64,000 nt of DNA from NCBI GenBank assembly GCA_937124585.1, contig CAKZKT010000147.1:46104-110103 (forward strand), read 5' to 3'. Origin of the DNA: an uncultured Anaerolineae bacterium (GTDB lineage: Bacteria > Chloroflexota > Anaerolineae > CG2-30-64-16). Below are positions 30,702-40,920 of this stretch, one piece after another (positions within the stretch are counted from its first letter, which is position 1; every line of letters begins with the position of its first letter). Position numbers and translations under genes: made by a program. The notes under the pieces are model-generated. The model made no database searches. It was given only the letters and a program-made list of their open reading frames with translations, and was not told the origin of the DNA.

Positions 30702-31472
30702 ATGCTGCTTCGGATCGTCTCCTGGAACTGCAACATGGCCTTGCATCAGAAGTTCGAGCGATTGCTGGCGCTCCAGCCCGACATCGCCGTAATCCAGGAG
30801 TGCGCCAGCCCGGAGCGCGACGCGGCCCGAGGCCGGCAGCTGGCGTGCAGCGACCGCGACTGGATCGGCTTCAACGCGGACAAAGGTCTGGGGATCTTCA
30901 CATTCGGGGACTTGCGGCTGCGCAGGGCCAGCGCCTTCTCCGAGGCGTTCGCGCTGGCCCTGCCGGTGGAAGTCATCGGCCGCTGTCGGCTCAACCTGCT
31001 GGGCATATGGAAGACCGACGGCCGTCGCCTGCCGGCCGGCACCACCAACGACCTGCTGGCGGCATTCAGATACTACCATCGTTTCATCAGCGCGCCGGCA
31101 ACGATCGTCGCCGGCGATTTCAACCTGCTGCCGCAGCAGATGTCCCGCCGCGCAGATCAGGGGCGGGGCGATTCGATCATCGAGTTGCTCGGCCGCGCCG
31201 GCCTGCAGGATGCCGATACGCTGCGGCAAACCGACCTATCTACAGAAACCCTGCGCCGCACCTACTATCAACAGCGCCGACCCGGCCGCGGCTTCGTCGT
31301 GGACTACATTTTCGCGCCTCGATGCGAAGCCGACCGACTCACCCGCTTCGACGTCGGCGCACCGCGCACATGGCTGCCCTGGAGCGACCATGTCCCGCTG
31401 CTCGTCGAATTCGCGCTGACCGCGGACAACGTTTTCATGCGCCAGGCTGCCGCGCCGCCGATCACATCGTAG
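30702..31472 (+). CDS. Endonuclease/exonuclease/phosphatase family protein
   Basis: Motifs SWN, DIAVIQE, AGDFN, DYIF and SDHVP. Confidence 0.88.
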   Translation: MLLRIVSWNCNMALHQKFERLLALQPDIAVIQECASPERDAARGRQLACSDRDWIGFNADKGLGIFTFGDLRLRRASAFSEAFALALPVEVIGRCRLNLLGIWKTDGRRLPAGTTNDLLAAFRYYHRFISAPATIVAGDFNLLPQQMSRRADQGRGDSIIELLGRAGLQDADTLRQTDLSTETLRRTYYQQRRPGRGFVVDYIFAPRCEADRLTRFDVGAPRTWLPWSDHVPLLVEFALTADNVFMRQAAAPPITS

Positions 31473-31513
31473 GGCAAGATGTCCCCGGCCACCCGCCCCC
31501 ACGCGCCGCGGCC

Positions 31514-32824
31514 CTATGCCAGCTGCCCGAACACCTCATGGGCGGCCTCCAGCGTCGCCGCGATCTCGGCCTCGCCGTGCGCGCTGCTGACGAAAGCCGC
31601 CTCGAACTGGCTCGGCGCGAAATAGACCCCACGCGCCAGCATGGCATGGAAAAAGCGGCCATAGCGGGCTGTATCCGCGTGCGCCCTGGCGCTGGCATAG
31701 TCGGTGATGACCGCGCCGGACTCATTCAGGAAATAGAAGCCGAACATCGTGCCGACGTGTCCGACCTGGATGGGCAGACCGTGCGCCGCAGCCGCAGCCT
31801 CGATGCCCGCCACCAGCCTGGCAGTGCTCGCAACGATATGATCGAAGAGTGAGCCCTCGCCGTATCTGCTCCGTAGCGCGCGCAGCGTGACCAGACCGGC
31901 CGTCATCGCCAGCGGATTGCCGGACAACGTGCCCGCCTGATACATCGGCCCGGCCGGCGCCACCTGCTCCATGATCTGACGCTTGCCCGCATAGGCACCT
32001 ACCGGCAGCCCACCGCCGATCACCTTGCCCAGACAGGTCAGGTCGGGGTCGAGTCTCCAAAGTGCCTGACAACCGCCCAGCGCGGCGCGAAAACCGGTCA
32101 TCACCTCGTCCAGGATGAAGAGCGCGCCGGCCTGCCGACACAGCGCCTGAAGACCGGCCAGGAAGCCCGGCGCCGGCAATACAAAGCCGATGTTCGCCGC
32201 AATCGGCTCCACGATCACGGCCGCGATCTGATCGGGATAGGCGGCAAAAAGCGCCCGCACCGCCTCCAGATCGTTATACGGCGCGATCAGCGTGTCGCCG
32301 GCCGTCGCGCGCGGCACGCCCGGCGAATCGGGCAGGCCCAACGTGGCGACACCGCTGCCCGCCTGCACCAGCAGCATATCGGCATGGCCATGATAGCAGC
32401 CGCTGAATTTGACGATCTTGTCGCGGCCGGTATACGCGCGCGCCAGGCGCAGCGCGCTCATCGTGGCCTCGGTGCCGCTGTTGACGAAGCGGATCATCTC
32501 GATGCCGGGCATCAGTTCGATCACCGTCTGCGCCAGCTCCACCTCGAGCGCGGTCGGCGCGCCGAAGCTGGTGCCGCGGCGCGCTGCGTCCTGCAGCGCC
32601 GCCACCACATCGGGGTGCGCATGGCCCAGGATCAACGGCCCCCACGAGAGGACGTAGTCAATGTAGCGATTGCCGTCTACATCCCAAACCAACGGCCCCT
32701 GCCCGGCCGCGATGAAACGCGGCACGCCGCCCACGCTGCGAAAGGCGCGCACCGGACTGTTCACGCCGCCGGGAATGACCTGCCGGGCAGCGACAAAAAG
32801 CGCCTCGGAACGGGTGATATTCAT
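31514..32824 (-). CDS. hemL: Glutamate-1-semialdehyde 2,1-aminomutase
   Basis: Motifs [36 protein letters not shown] and [10 protein letters not shown]. Confidence 0.96.
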   Translation of the reverse strand: MNITRSEALFVAARQVIPGGVNSPVRAFRSVGGVPRFIAAGQGPLVWDVDGNRYIDYVLSWGPLILGHAHPDVVAALQDAARRGTSFGAPTALEVELAQTVIELMPGIEMIRFVNSGTEATMSALRLARAYTGRDKIVKFSGCYHGHADMLLVQAGSGVATLGLPDSPGVPRATAGDTLIAPYNDLEAVRALFAAYPDQIAAVIVEPIAANIGFVLPAPGFLAGLQALCRQAGALFILDEVMTGFRAALGGCQALWRLDPDLTCLGKVIGGGLPVGAYAGKRQIMEQVAPAGPMYQAGTLSGNPLAMTAGLVTLRALRSRYGEGSLFDHIVASTARLVAGIEAAAAAHGLPIQVGHVGTMFGFYFLNESGAVITDYASARAHADTARYGRFFHAMLARGVYFAPSQFEAAFVSSAHGEAEIAATLEAAHEVFGQLA

Positions 32825-32855
32825 GGTTGTTTCGCTTCTCCTGTTCACTTTCTCA

Positions 32856-32950
32856 GTCCACGTGCCAGGCACCCCTGCAGGTGCCTGGCACGGCTGACGA
32901 CGCGTCCACGTGCCAGGCACCCCTGCAGGTGCCTGGCACGACTGGCGACG
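32856..32950. repeat. Two tandem family A palindromes (48-bp period)
   Basis: GTCCACGTGCCAGGCACCCCTGCAGGTGCCTGGCACG at 32856 and 32904, between hemB and hemL. Confidence 0.9.
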
Positions 32951-32954
32951 ATTT

Positions 32955-33977
32955 TCAGGTGAGCCAGCGCGCCGCGTCTTTGGCAAAATACGTTAGGATG
33001 ATGTTCGCGCCGGCCCGCTTGATGGCCACCAGGCTCTCCAGGGCGCAGCGACGCAGATCGAGCCAGCCGTTGGCCGCGGCCGCCTGTAACATCGCGTACT
33101 CGCCGCTGACCTGATAGGCGGCGACCGGCAGGGTGAACGCCTGGCGCACCGCGCTGAGCACATCCAGATAGGGCAACGCAGGTTTGACCATCAGGATATC
33201 GGCGCCTTCAGCCACATCGAGCGCCGCCTCCCGCAGCGCCTCGGTACGATTGGCCGGATCCATCTGATACTGACTGCGGTCGCCGAACCGCGGCGGGCTC
33301 TCGGCCGCCTCGCGAAAGGGGCCGTAGAATCCGCTGGCGTACTTCACCGCATAGCTCATGATCGCCACGTGTGCATAGCCCGCGGCGTCCAGCGCCCGAC
33401 GAATTGCGCCCACCATGCCATCCAGCATCCCCGACGGCGCGATCAGATCAGCGCCGGCCTGCGCATGAACCACCGAAGCTCGCGCGAGGAGCTCCAGCGT
33501 CGGGTCGTTGAGCAGATAACCTTCGGGCAGCGTGGGCGTGTAGTGCGGCTGGCCCGGCTGATTGATCAAACCGCAATGGCCGTGATCGGTATATTCGCAA
33601 AAACACATGTCGGAGATCACGAGCAGCTCGGGCACGGCATCCTTGATCGCCCGGATCGCTTGCGGCACGATGCCGTCCGGCGCATAGTTGTCGCTCCCCA
33701 CAGCATCTTTGTGTTCAGGGATGCCGAACAGGATCACCGCGGGGATGCCCAGGCGGGCGACCTCACGCGCCTCGACGGCCAGGTGATCCACGGTCAGCTG
33801 TGCGACGCCCGGCATGGATCGTACCGGCACGCGCAGATCCCGACCGTGGCGGACGAACAGCGGATAGACGAAATCCGCCGGGCTGAGCATCGTCTCGCGC
33901 ACCATGCGCCGCACACCCTCGGTCAGGCGCAGGCGTCGCGGCCGATGTGCCAAGTCGGCGACAGTCTGATTCATCAT
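32955..33977 (-). CDS. hemB: Porphobilinogen synthase
   Basis: Motifs [18 protein letters not shown] (Zn site), FYGPFR, YQMDP and MVKPA. Confidence 0.97.
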   Translation of the reverse strand: MMNQTVADLAHRPRRLRLTEGVRRMVRETMLSPADFVYPLFVRHGRDLRVPVRSMPGVAQLTVDHLAVEAREVARLGIPAVILFGIPEHKDAVGSDNYAPDGIVPQAIRAIKDAVPELLVISDMCFCEYTDHGHCGLINQPGQPHYTPTLPEGYLLNDPTLELLARASVVHAQAGADLIAPSGMLDGMVGAIRRALDAAGYAHVAIMSYAVKYASGFYGPFREAAESPPRFGDRSQYQMDPANRTEALREAALDVAEGADILMVKPALPYLDVLSAVRQAFTLPVAAYQVSGEYAMLQAAAANGWLDLRRCALESLVAIKRAGANIILTYFAKDAARWLT

Positions 33978-34807
33978 GGCTTCCTCTCATGAACGCTGCC
34001 ATGAGCAGCGAAATGACACGCCAGCGCCTCCACGAGCACTTCTATCGTCTGGGTCGTGGGGAGCACATGCACCGGCAGGCCGAGCTGCCGCGCGGCAGCC
34101 GCGGTCACCGGGCCCAGGCAGGCGATGCAGACGCCGCTCAGGTCGGCCAACCGGCCGCCTTCGGCCTCCAGTCGCCGCGCCAGATTGTGCACCGTGGAAG
34201 GGCTGGTGAACGTGATCGCATCCACCGCGCCTGTCGCCAGCCGTTCACTGAGCCGGATGCCGCCGCTGCCGATGACCGTCCGGTAGGCGACGACCGTCGT
34301 CACGGCCCAGCCGGCCGTCCGCAGCGTCTCGGCCAGCGTCGGTCGGGCCAAATCGGCCTGGCACAGGAGGATGCGACCGTTGGCCGGCCCCCGCTCGATC
34401 AGCGCGGCGGTCAGCGCCTCGGCGACCGACTCCGGCGGCGTGAGCGCGACGGCCAGGCCGAGCGCCTGCTCGACTGCGCGCGCGGTCGCTGCGCCCACCG
34501 CGGCGATCGCCGTCGCGCGCAGGGCAGACGGCTCGATCTGTAACGCGGCCAGGCGCTCGGCCAGCGCCGTCACCGCGTTGCTGCTGGTGAGCGCCAGCCA
34601 GTCGAACGCGCCGGCGGCCGCGGCCCGCAGCGCCGCATCGAACGGGCCGGTATCATCGGGCGGAGCAAAGGCGATACAGGGATAGGGCAACGGGATTGCA
34701 CCCTCGCGGCGCAACAACTCGTCCAGCGCGTCGGCCTGAGTCGCGGCGCGAGTCACAACAACTCGTTTACCGGCCAACCCCGAAAGAGAGGGCGCATGCT
34801 CGATCAC
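33974..34807 (-). CDS. hemD: Uroporphyrinogen-III synthase
   Basis: Motifs [29 protein letters not shown] and GPVTA. Lies between hemC and hemB. Confidence 0.9.
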   Translation of the reverse strand: MIEHAPSLSGLAGKRVVVTRAATQADALDELLRREGAIPLPYPCIAFAPPDDTGPFDAALRAAAAGAFDWLALTSSNAVTALAERLAALQIEPSALRATAIAAVGAATARAVEQALGLAVALTPPESVAEALTAALIERGPANGRILLCQADLARPTLAETLRTAGWAVTTVVAYRTVIGSGGIRLSERLATGAVDAITFTSPSTVHNLARRLEAEGGRLADLSGVCIACLGPVTAAAARQLGLPVHVLPTTQTIEVLVEALACHFAAHGSVHERKP

Positions 34808-35739
34808 GGCGTGCTGCTCCGCAGGATGTCGGCGGCACCCCGGGCCAATGCCTCGACTGCCAGTTGCCGCCCCAGGGCTTCAGCCTCATTCGCCGGGCCG
34901 GTCAGGCGCACATCAATCTGTCGGTGGCCGTCCAGCGCGGTCACACGGCCGCGCACGTGCAGCCGATCTCCCTCCGCGACCGCGTGCGCGGCGATGGGCA
35001 CCGCGCAACCACCGCCCAACCCCACCAGGAACGCGCGCTCGGCCGTCACGGCTTGCCGCGTCGGCGGGTGATCCAGCCGCACCAGTCGGGCCAGCAGCGC
35101 GGGCTCTGCGCGCGCCTGGACGCCCAGCGCGCCCTGGCCGGGTGCCGGCAACATCACGTCCAACGGCAGCACCTGCGTAATGAAGCCGGCCAGGCCCAGC
35201 CGCGCCAGGCCGGCATGGGCCAGCACCAGCGCATCGTAGGGGCCGTCTTCGGCCAGCGCCTTGCGCAGCCGCGTGTCCACATTGCCCCGCACATCCAGAA
35301 TACGCAGGTCGGCACGATAATATCGCAGCTGCGCCGCGCGGCGACAGCTGCTGGTGCCGACAGTCGCTGTCCACGGCAACGTCTCCAGCGTGTAGCCGGC
35401 ACGGCTTACCAGCACATCGCCGACCTCCCCGCGCGCCGGAATTGCGGCGAGCGCCAAATCGGGGGCCAGTTGTACGGGCAGGTCCTTCAGGCTGTGCACG
35501 GCCAGGTCTATCTCGCCGCGACGCAACGCGGCCTCCAGCTCGGCCGTGAACGCGCCTTTGCCGCCCAGGGAAGGCAACGGCGCATCGAGCACGCGATCGC
35601 CCTGAGTGTGCACCACGATCACCTCGCAGGCCAGGTCGGGCCAGGCGCTCGCCAGCAGGCCGACCACATGCTCGGTCTGCCAGCGGGCCAGGGCCGAGCC
35701 GCGCGTGCCCAATCGCAAAAGACGGAAAGCTTTGTTCAC
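34804..35739 (-). CDS. hemC: Hydroxymethylbilane synthase
   Basis: Motifs GTRGSALARWQ, AVHSLKDLP, RGNVDTRL and GGGCAVP. GTG at 35739 has GAGGT upstream. Confidence 0.95.
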   Translation of the reverse strand: MNKAFRLLRLGTRGSALARWQTEHVVGLLASAWPDLACEVIVVHTQGDRVLDAPLPSLGGKGAFTAELEAALRRGEIDLAVHSLKDLPVQLAPDLALAAIPARGEVGDVLVSRAGYTLETLPWTATVGTSSCRRAAQLRYYRADLRILDVRGNVDTRLRKALAEDGPYDALVLAHAGLARLGLAGFITQVLPLDVMLPAPGQGALGVQARAEPALLARLVRLDHPPTRQAVTAERAFLVGLGGGCAVPIAAHAVAEGDRLHVRGRVTALDGHRQIDVRLTGPANEAEALGRQLAVEALARGAADILRSSTP

Positions 35740-35764
35740 CGACGATACCTCTGTGCCCAGGTTG

Positions 35765-35773
35765 TGATATAAT
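35765..35773 (+). promoter_or_regulatory. Extended -10 promoter (TGaTATAAT) for glyA-gcvT
   Basis: Consensus TGnTATAAT 37 nt upstream of the ATG, in the divergent hemC/glyA spacer. Confidence 0.65.
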
Positions 35774-35810
35774 ACTGCCATCAGGCCCATTTTAGCAAAG
35801 AGGGGATTCC

Positions 35811-38800
35811 ATGCTCGATTTCTTCCAAGCGCCGCTCGCCGCGCTCGACCCTGCCATTTCCGCCCTGATCGGCTACGAGGAAGAGCGTCAGGCGCGCAAA
35901 CTGATCTTGATTCCATCCGAAAGTCAGGCGCCGGCAGCCGTGCGCGAGGCGCTCGGCTCGGTATTCCAAAACATCTACGCGGAAGGCTATCCCGACCCGG
36001 CCATGCACGGGCTGACCGAAGCCCAAATCCTGGACTACGAGGTCCAGCTGGCCGTCTATCGGCGCAACTCCGATGCGCGTTACTACAAAGGAGTCGAGTA
36101 TGTGGACGTGCTGGAAGCGTTGGCCCGGCGTCGCGCGGCCGAGGCGTTTGCGGCCAACGGCGTCGGCCCGGAGGCGATCTACGCCAACGTGCAGCCCCTC
36201 TCCGGTTCGCCGGCCAACAGCGCGGTCTACAGCGCGCTGGTGGCGCCCGGCGACACGATCATGGGCATGAGCTTGCTTCACGGCGGCCATCTGACGCACG
36301 GGAGCCCGGCCAATCGTTCCGGCAAGCTTTACACGGTCGTGTCCTACGGCATTGATGCGCGCACCGAGCGGCTGAACTACGACGAGATCGAGGCGCTGGC
36401 CAAACAGCATCGGCCGAAGATCATCATCGCCGGCTACACCTCCTATCCGTGGATGCCGGATTGGGCGCGTTTCCGTCAGATTGCCGAGGCGGTCGGTGCG
36501 TACCTGCTGGCCGACATCTCGCATATCGCGGGCATGGTGGCGGCCGGCGTCGTGCCCAGCCCGATCGGTCACGCGCATGTCATCAGCTTCACCACACACA
36601 AAACCCTCTACGGGCCGCGCGGGGCGTGCATCCTGACGACAGACAAGAAGCTCGCCGCGAAGATCGACGCGGCCGTCTTTCCCGGCGAGCAGGGCGGCCC
36701 GCATGTGAACACCATCGCCGGCATGGCGGTCGCGTTCAAACTGGCCCGCACGCCGGAGTTCATCCAGCTCCAGCGCCAGGTGGTGGACAACGCGGCGCTG
36801 CTGGCCGCTGCATTGCAGCGTCATGGCCTGCGCGTGCCCTACGGCGGCACCGACACGCACATGCTGCTCGTGGACTGCAAGACGGTGCGCGCGGCCACCG
36901 GCATCAGCCCGGATGGCCTGAAGGGCACGCCGCTCATGGGCGACCCGGCCGCGCGCATCCTCGACCTGGCCGGCATCGTGCTCAACCGCAACACCATCCC
37001 CGGCGACAAAAGCGCACGCGCGGCATCGGGCATCCGTCTTGGCACGCCGTGGCTCACCCAACGCGGTTTCGGCCCCACAGAGATCGAGCGATTGGCCGAG
37101 ATCATCGCGCGCGTGCTCAAAGCCTGCCGGCCGGTCGCCTATGCCGGCCGGCATGGGCCGATCTACCACGCGCAGATTGATTTCGATCTGCTCGAACAGG
37201 CCAAATGGGACGTGGTGAACCTGGCCTGTTGCGCCGACCTGCGGCCAGACTACCAGCCGAGCGGCTATCCGCATCACTATTTCATGCACAAGCCGACCAC
37301 CGATCCCAGCCCAGACTGGGATGTGATCGAGATCGAGGGCACGCACGCCCGCGGCTTCTGCAACGTGGCGATGACCAACGATGCTTATCTCCTCAAGCCG
37401 GGAGAGTGTCAGCCGACCTGGCTGCTGGAGCCCAACGGCCGGTTGATGGCGCCGGGAGTGCTCAAACGACCTGGACCCGAAAGCACGCGCTTCCAGCTGC
37501 TGATCGCCAAAGAAGCGGAGACACGCGTCGTCCACTGGCTCCGCAATCTTTCCGATGGCTTCATGCGCATAGATCCGGACGATCCCTATGTCAAAGTGCC
37601 CGGCCCGGTGGTCGTGCGCCGTCTACCGCACGAAACCGCGTACGACTGGGAGATGAAACCGCCGGCGGTCGAGGACTTCGAGAAAGACACGGTCGGCTGG
37701 GCGCTCCACAAATCGTACTGGATCGGCCAAAAGGCACGCGCCGATGTGCCCGGCGGCCTGCAGCCGTTGCCGGCCTTCACCTGGACGCCGGCCGTCAACC
37801 CGCTGCTGCGCCGCACGCGGCTGTATGAGCAGCATCGCAAGCTGGGCGCGAAGATGGCATCCTTCGCCGGCTACGAAATGCCGATCCAGTACACGTCGGT
37901 GCTGGAAGAGCATCAGGCCGTACGCAATCGGGCCGGCCTGTTCGATGTGAGCCACATGGGCCTCTTCGAGTTCAGCGGCGAAAACGTGCACCTGTTCCTG
38001 AACAACGTCGCCACGAACGACATCTCGGCCCTGAAAGTGGGGGGGTCACACTACTCGTACCTGCTGGCGCCCGACGGCAGCGTCATAGACGACGTCTGGG
38101 TCTATCGCCTGGAGCGCGAGCGCTATTGGATGGTCGTCAACGCGGCGAACAACGACAAGGACTGGGCCTGGCTGAACGCTGTCCGCGAGGCGCGCGTGTG
38201 CATTGACCCGGCCCGGCCCTGGTCGCGCGCGTTAGGCTGCGAATCGGTGGTGATTCGCGACCTGCGCGATCCGCAGTGGGGCGACAAACAACGAGCGCAG
38301 CTGGCGCTGCAAGGCCCACGTTCGCGCGACATCCTGCTGGCATTGGCCGGCGAGGACGATGCCGCCATGTGCGAACGGCTGCTCGACATGCAGCGCAGCG
38401 AGATCATCGGCGGCGTGCTGGGAGGCTATGACCTCTGGCTGGCGCGCACCGGCTATACCGGCGAGCCGATGGCGTTCGAACTGTTCGTCCATCCCGACGA
38501 CTTGCCTGCGCTCTGGCGCGATCTGCTACGTGTGGGCGCAGGGTTTGGCCTGAAGCCATGCGGCCTGGCCGCCCGCGACAGCCTGCGCATCGAAGCCGGG
38601 TTGCCGCTCTATGGCCACGAGCTGGCCGGACCGCTGAATCTTAACCCGGCCGATGCCGGTTTCGCGCCCTACGTCAAGCTGTCCAAGCCATTCTTCATCG
38701 GCAAGGCCGCGTACATCGCGCACGAGGCCAACCGCCAGGCGCGACTGGCCCGCTTCCAGACCGATGAAGAGCATGGCCCCATGCTCGGTCAGGGCGATGT

Positions 38801-39044
38801 GGTCGTCAATCCGAAGGGCCGCGTGGTCGGCTGGGTGACGAGCTGCTCGATTGACACGAATGGTCGCCAGACCGGCCTGTGTTATGTTCAGGATCCGCAC
38901 TGGCAACGCGGCACCAGGCTGGGCGTCTATCGCGTCGGCAAAGCGGTTTGGGAAAGCCGGCCGCTCGATCAGCTGCAGCCCGGCGACCGCATCCAGCTGC
39001 CAGAGGGAATCACGATCATCGAACGGTTCTTGAACAAGGCGTAG
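35811..39044 (+). CDS. glyA-gcvT: Serine hydroxymethyltransferase fused to glycine-cleavage T (aminomethyltransferase)
   Basis: N-terminal part: YAEGYP, GGHLTHG, TTHKTL.GPR, FPGEQGGP and SGIRLGT. C-terminal part: EEHQAVR, GLFDVSHMG, RTGYTGE and GLAARDSLRIEAG. Confidence 0.93.
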   Translation: MLDFFQAPLAALDPAISALIGYEEERQARKLILIPSESQAPAAVREALGSVFQNIYAEGYPDPAMHGLTEAQILDYEVQLAVYRRNSDARYYKGVEYVDVLEALARRRAAEAFAANGVGPEAIYANVQPLSGSPANSAVYSALVAPGDTIMGMSLLHGGHLTHGSPANRSGKLYTVVSYGIDARTERLNYDEIEALAKQHRPKIIIAGYTSYPWMPDWARFRQIAEAVGAYLLADISHIAGMVAAGVVPSPIGHAHVISFTTHKTLYGPRGACILTTDKKLAAKIDAAVFPGEQGGPHVNTIAGMAVAFKLARTPEFIQLQRQVVDNAALLAAALQRHGLRVPYGGTDTHMLLVDCKTVRAATGISPDGLKGTPLMGDPAARILDLAGIVLNRNTIPGDKSARAASGIRLGTPWLTQRGFGPTEIERLAEIIARVLKACRPVAYAGRHGPIYHAQIDFDLLEQAKWDVVNLACCADLRPDYQPSGYPHHYFMHKPTTDPSPDWDVIEIEGTHARGFCNVAMTNDAYLLKPGECQPTWLLEPNGRLMAPGVLKRPGPESTRFQLLIAKEAETRVVHWLRNLSDGFMRIDPDDPYVKVPGPVVVRRLPHETAYDWEMKPPAVEDFEKDTVGWALHKSYWIGQKARADVPGGLQPLPAFTWTPAVNPLLRRTRLYEQHRKLGAKMASFAGYEMPIQYTSVLEEHQAVRNRAGLFDVSHMGLFEFSGENVHLFLNNVATNDISALKVGGSHYSYLLAPDGSVIDDVWVYRLERERYWMVVNAANNDKDWAWLNAVREARVCIDPARPWSRALGCESVVIRDLRDPQWGDKQRAQLALQGPRSRDILLALAGEDDAAMCERLLDMQRSEIIGGVLGGYDLWLARTGYTGEPMAFELFVHPDDLPALWRDLLRVGAGFGLKPCGLAARDSLRIEAGLPLYGHELAGPLNLNPADAGFAPYVKLSKPFFIGKAAYIAHEANRQARLARFQTDEEHGPMLGQGDVVVNPKGRVVGWVTSCSIDTNGRQTGLCYVQDPHWQRGTRLGVYRVGKAVWESRPLDQLQPGDRIQLPEGITIIERFLNKA

Positions 39045-39047
39045 GAT

Positions 39048-39083
39048 CACATGCCAGGCGCCTGGAAGAGCGCCTGGCATGTG
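39048..39083. repeat. Family A palindrome variant
   Basis: CACATGCCAGGCGC-CTGGAAGA-GCGCCTGGCATGTG, a 14-bp stem right after the glyA-gcvT stop. Confidence 0.8.
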
Positions 39084-39115
39084 CGGGCGGAAACAGAAGA
39101 CGAACAAGCCGCAAC

Positions 39116-40054
39116 ATGCCCAAAAGCAAAACTCTGTGGACTCTGTGCTGTGTCGGCCTGGTCTATAGCCTGGCATTGGCGCCGGGCAGGGCCACCGCCC
39201 AGGCGCCGACAGCAACGCCTGCCGCGCGCGCCTATTTGCCGCTGGTCATCAAGTCGGTCGCGACGCCCGTGTTCATCTGTCCGACCGAGTCGCAGAACAG
39301 CTACGCCCAAGGCCCTGCATATCAGTATGATCTGGACGATCCGGTGCGGCCGGCGGCTGATCACGCGGACAAGAACCTGGCGCTGCGCGGCTACACGACA
39401 AACACCGATGCCGGCCTGCGTCGCGAGTTGGTGGACTACGGCACCGACGATCCAATCCAACCGCCGCAGTTTGCCACCCTGTTCGCGCCGCCGCGTGTGC
39501 CGGCATTGCGTGGCTTCTATCGCGTGCACGATTGGATCTGGGCGCCCTCGCCTGAACCCGGCCGGCGCGGGGCCGCGCTGACGACCTGGCCGGTGACCGC
39601 GCTGGGCCTGGCCGTGACGCCTGGCGAAACGCTGCATGTGCCGATATCAGGCTATGCGATCGGCCAGGGCCACGCGGTGATCGTCCTCTACGCGGACGAG
39701 CAGCGCGTGGCTCTGCGCTATGCGCGCGAGGACAGTGCCGGCGCCCCGGGCTACACAGTGCACGTGGACGACCTGTGCACCGACCCGAACTTGCTGGCGC
39801 TCTACAGGCAGCTCGACGCCGCGACCGGCCCGCGCTACGTCTATCGGCCGCCGGAGCAGCGGCCCTACACCTATGCGCTGCCCGTGCTGCCGGCCGGACA
39901 GCCGATCGGGGTGGCGCGCAGCGCCGAGGTGATCGTCGCCATCGTGGACACCGGCAGCTTTATGGACCCGCGTTCCTGCGACGAATGGTGGCAGGTCCGG
40001 CCTGACTATGCCGGCACGTGCCCACCCCATGAGGATGGATCAATATCGCCATGA
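39116..40054 (+). CDS. Secreted hypothetical protein with YLPLVIK motif
   Basis: Signal-like N-terminus, Ala/Pro/Thr linker, YLPLVIK and four Cys in the mature part. Stop overlaps the nadC start. Confidence 0.7.
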   Translation: MPKSKTLWTLCCVGLVYSLALAPGRATAQAPTATPAARAYLPLVIKSVATPVFICPTESQNSYAQGPAYQYDLDDPVRPAADHADKNLALRGYTTNTDAGLRRELVDYGTDDPIQPPQFATLFAPPRVPALRGFYRVHDWIWAPSPEPGRRGAALTTWPVTALGLAVTPGETLHVPISGYAIGQGHAVIVLYADEQRVALRYAREDSAGAPGYTVHVDDLCTDPNLLALYRQLDAATGPRYVYRPPEQRPYTYALPVLPAGQPIGVARSAEVIVAIVDTGSFMDPRSCDEWWQVRPDYAGTCPPHEDGSISP

Positions 40055-40920
40055 CAGCTTCAGAAACTCTTTCACCGGAAATCATCGCCTGCATCCAACG
40101 CGCCCTGGCCGAGGACATCGGATCGGGAGACGTGACGACCGACAGCATCGTGCCGGCCGACGCGGTCGCCGCCGGCCAGATCATCGCCAAACAGGCCGGC
40201 ATCGTGGCCGGGCTGGATGTGGCCGCGGCGACCTTCCGCCTGGTGGATGAGCGCGTGCAGTTCACGGCGCTCGTCGCCGAGGGTGCGGCCGTGACGGCAC
40301 ATCAGCCGCTGGCCACAGTCACCGGCCCGGCGCGCGCCCTGCTCACCGCAGAGCGCACCGCGCTGAACTTCCTGGGCCGCATGTCGGGCATCGCCACCCA
40401 TACCCGGCGCTTCGTGGACGAGATCGCCGGCACGGCCGCGGTGATCCTGGACACGCGCAAGACCGCGCCCGGCCTGCGCCTGCTGGACAAGCTGGCCGTG
40501 CAGCGCGGCGGCGGCCAAAACCACCGCATCGGCCTGTACGACATGATCCTGATCAAAGACAACCACATTGACTTCGCCGGCTCGCTGGCCGAGGCCGTGC
40601 AGCGTGCGCGCGCCGCCCACGCCGACCTGGAGATCGAGGTGGAGGCACGCACGCTGAGCGACGTGTACGAGGCGCTCAAGCTGGGCGTGAAGCGTATCCT
40701 GCTCGACAACATGACGCTGCCCGAGCTCCGCTCGGCGGTCACGATGGCCGGCGGCCGTGCCCGCCTGGAGGCCTCGGGCAACGTCACGCTGCGCAACGTG
40801 CGCGCCATCGCCGAGACCGGCGTGGACTTCATCTCCAGCGGCAGCCTGACCCATTCGGCGCCGGTGTTTGACGCGAGTTTCGATTTGCAACCGCATCGGC
40901 CGGAGGGAGAACGCGCCTGA
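40051..40920 (+). CDS. nadC: Quinolinate phosphoribosyltransferase
   Basis: Motifs ERTALN, DTRKT.PG, NHR.GL.D, IKDNH, LLDN and EASG. Confidence 0.97.
   Translation: MTASETLSPEIIACIQRALAEDIGSGDVTTDSIVPADAVAAGQIIAKQAGIVAGLDVAAATFRLVDERVQFTALVAEGAAVTAHQPLATVTGPARALLTAERTALNFLGRMSGIATHTRRFVDEIAGTAAVILDTRKTAPGLRLLDKLAVQRGGGQNHRIGLYDMILIKDNHIDFAGSLAEAVQRARAAHADLEIEVEARTLSDVYEALKLGVKRILLDNMTLPELRSAVTMAGGRARLEASGNVTLRNVRAIAETGVDFISSGSLTHSAPVFDASFDLQPHRPEGERA

Noticed and set aside
30702-31472. Defence nuclease or mobile element
   Set aside because: A lone EEP-family gene with no partner genes, terminal repeats or reverse transcriptase.
31514-32986. N-terminal extension of HemL with a duplicated peptide
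   Set aside because: It is produced by the two REP-like units. The real start is the ATG at 32824 with an AGGAG RBS.
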